A stretch of 64,000 bases of DNA from Bugula neritina. Taxonomy: Eukaryota > Animalia > Bryozoa. Positions 63,407-64,000 of this stretch are shown in pieces. The notes beneath the pieces are model-generated. The model did not search any database, was not told the DNA's origin, and saw only the letters and a list, made by a program, of their open reading frames with translations. The number at the start of each line of letters is the position of its first letter. The first letter of the stretch is position 1. Made by a program: the position numbers and the translations under genes. The DNA is taken from assembly GCA_964035545.1 (NCBI GenBank), contig OZ037767.1, positions 8,628,581 to 8,692,580 on the forward strand, read 5' to 3'.

Positions 63407-63762
63407 GTCTGTTCAGTATTGTACAGTTACTCCTTGACCGCAATAATTGGCATAAATTGTCAAATCTGCTCAATTTTTTTTAAACTATTAGCAATCCACC
63501 ATTTCACAAATGTGTAATAGCAAGCCATATTCCACAGAATATATTTTTGTAATTTCTCAATATATTATATACTCTTGAAAAAATCTGGGCGCATGCACCA
63601 TTTCTGTTAACATTATCCTTTCATAACTGGTTCCCTACTGTCAGTCCCATGGCTTCAGTTACACAACTACTCTGGAGCAGAAGTTAGTTGCTCCAGCTAT
63701 CTTAAGTTATTGTCCCTACTATTCTACACTCCATACATTCATTATTATAGTACATTTTACTT

Positions 63763-63988
63763 TTATTTATTTCAGTATTTTTGCTGCATTTTGACAATTT
63801 TGCTTATCTGCAATAAAACATTGCATGGTACAGTCGTAGTGTTTTTGTTAGTTTTTGTACTTGCCAAAGAAAAGTCAACTTTGATGGAATTTTTCATTGT
63901 AAATACTTGTTCATAGATTGAACAGCTGTTATACTTTTTATTTATTATATAATTATTTACTGATTTCTTACCATATAGTGTAAATAAA
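63763..63988 (+). promoter_or_regulatory. AU-rich elements and two poly(A) signals in the ZFP36 3' UTR
   Basis: TTATTTATT at 63763-63771 and 63938-63946; AATAAA at 63812 and 63983. Confidence 0.65.
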
Positions 63989-64000
63989 ACAATTACTTCT

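Overview
AT-rich, intron-containing invertebrate (metazoan) genomic DNA; no prokaryotic features. Exon chains were assembled by hand and checked for splice-phase consistency. In order: the last two exons of an FG-repeat nucleoporin (NUP214-like, +); a 6-exon orphan class A GPCR (-); three tandem 7-exon FAHD2-family paralogs (A, B, C, all -); an 11-exon SERAC1 (-) whose 8.8-kb last intron contains a complete antisense gene for an uncharacterised multi-pass membrane protein; a divergent EHD-family ATPase (+) with an unexplained N-terminal extension; and a ZFP36/TIS11 tandem CCCH gene (+). Repeats include two tRNA-derived short element families, a 2.86-kb foldback element with ~0.89-kb arms, several MITEs, LINE remnants and minisatellites. 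The strongest candidate for an undescribed system is the FAHD2 triplet. The middle copy (B) keeps an intact ORF and its metal ligands. It has lost its N-terminal presequence through a 17-bp deletion and carries clustered substitutions at the catalytic His/Glu lid and the substrate-binding Arg, against an otherwise near-identical background. That pattern fits a re-targeted pseudoenzyme or an enzyme with new specificity. All family names come from motif recognition, not database searches.
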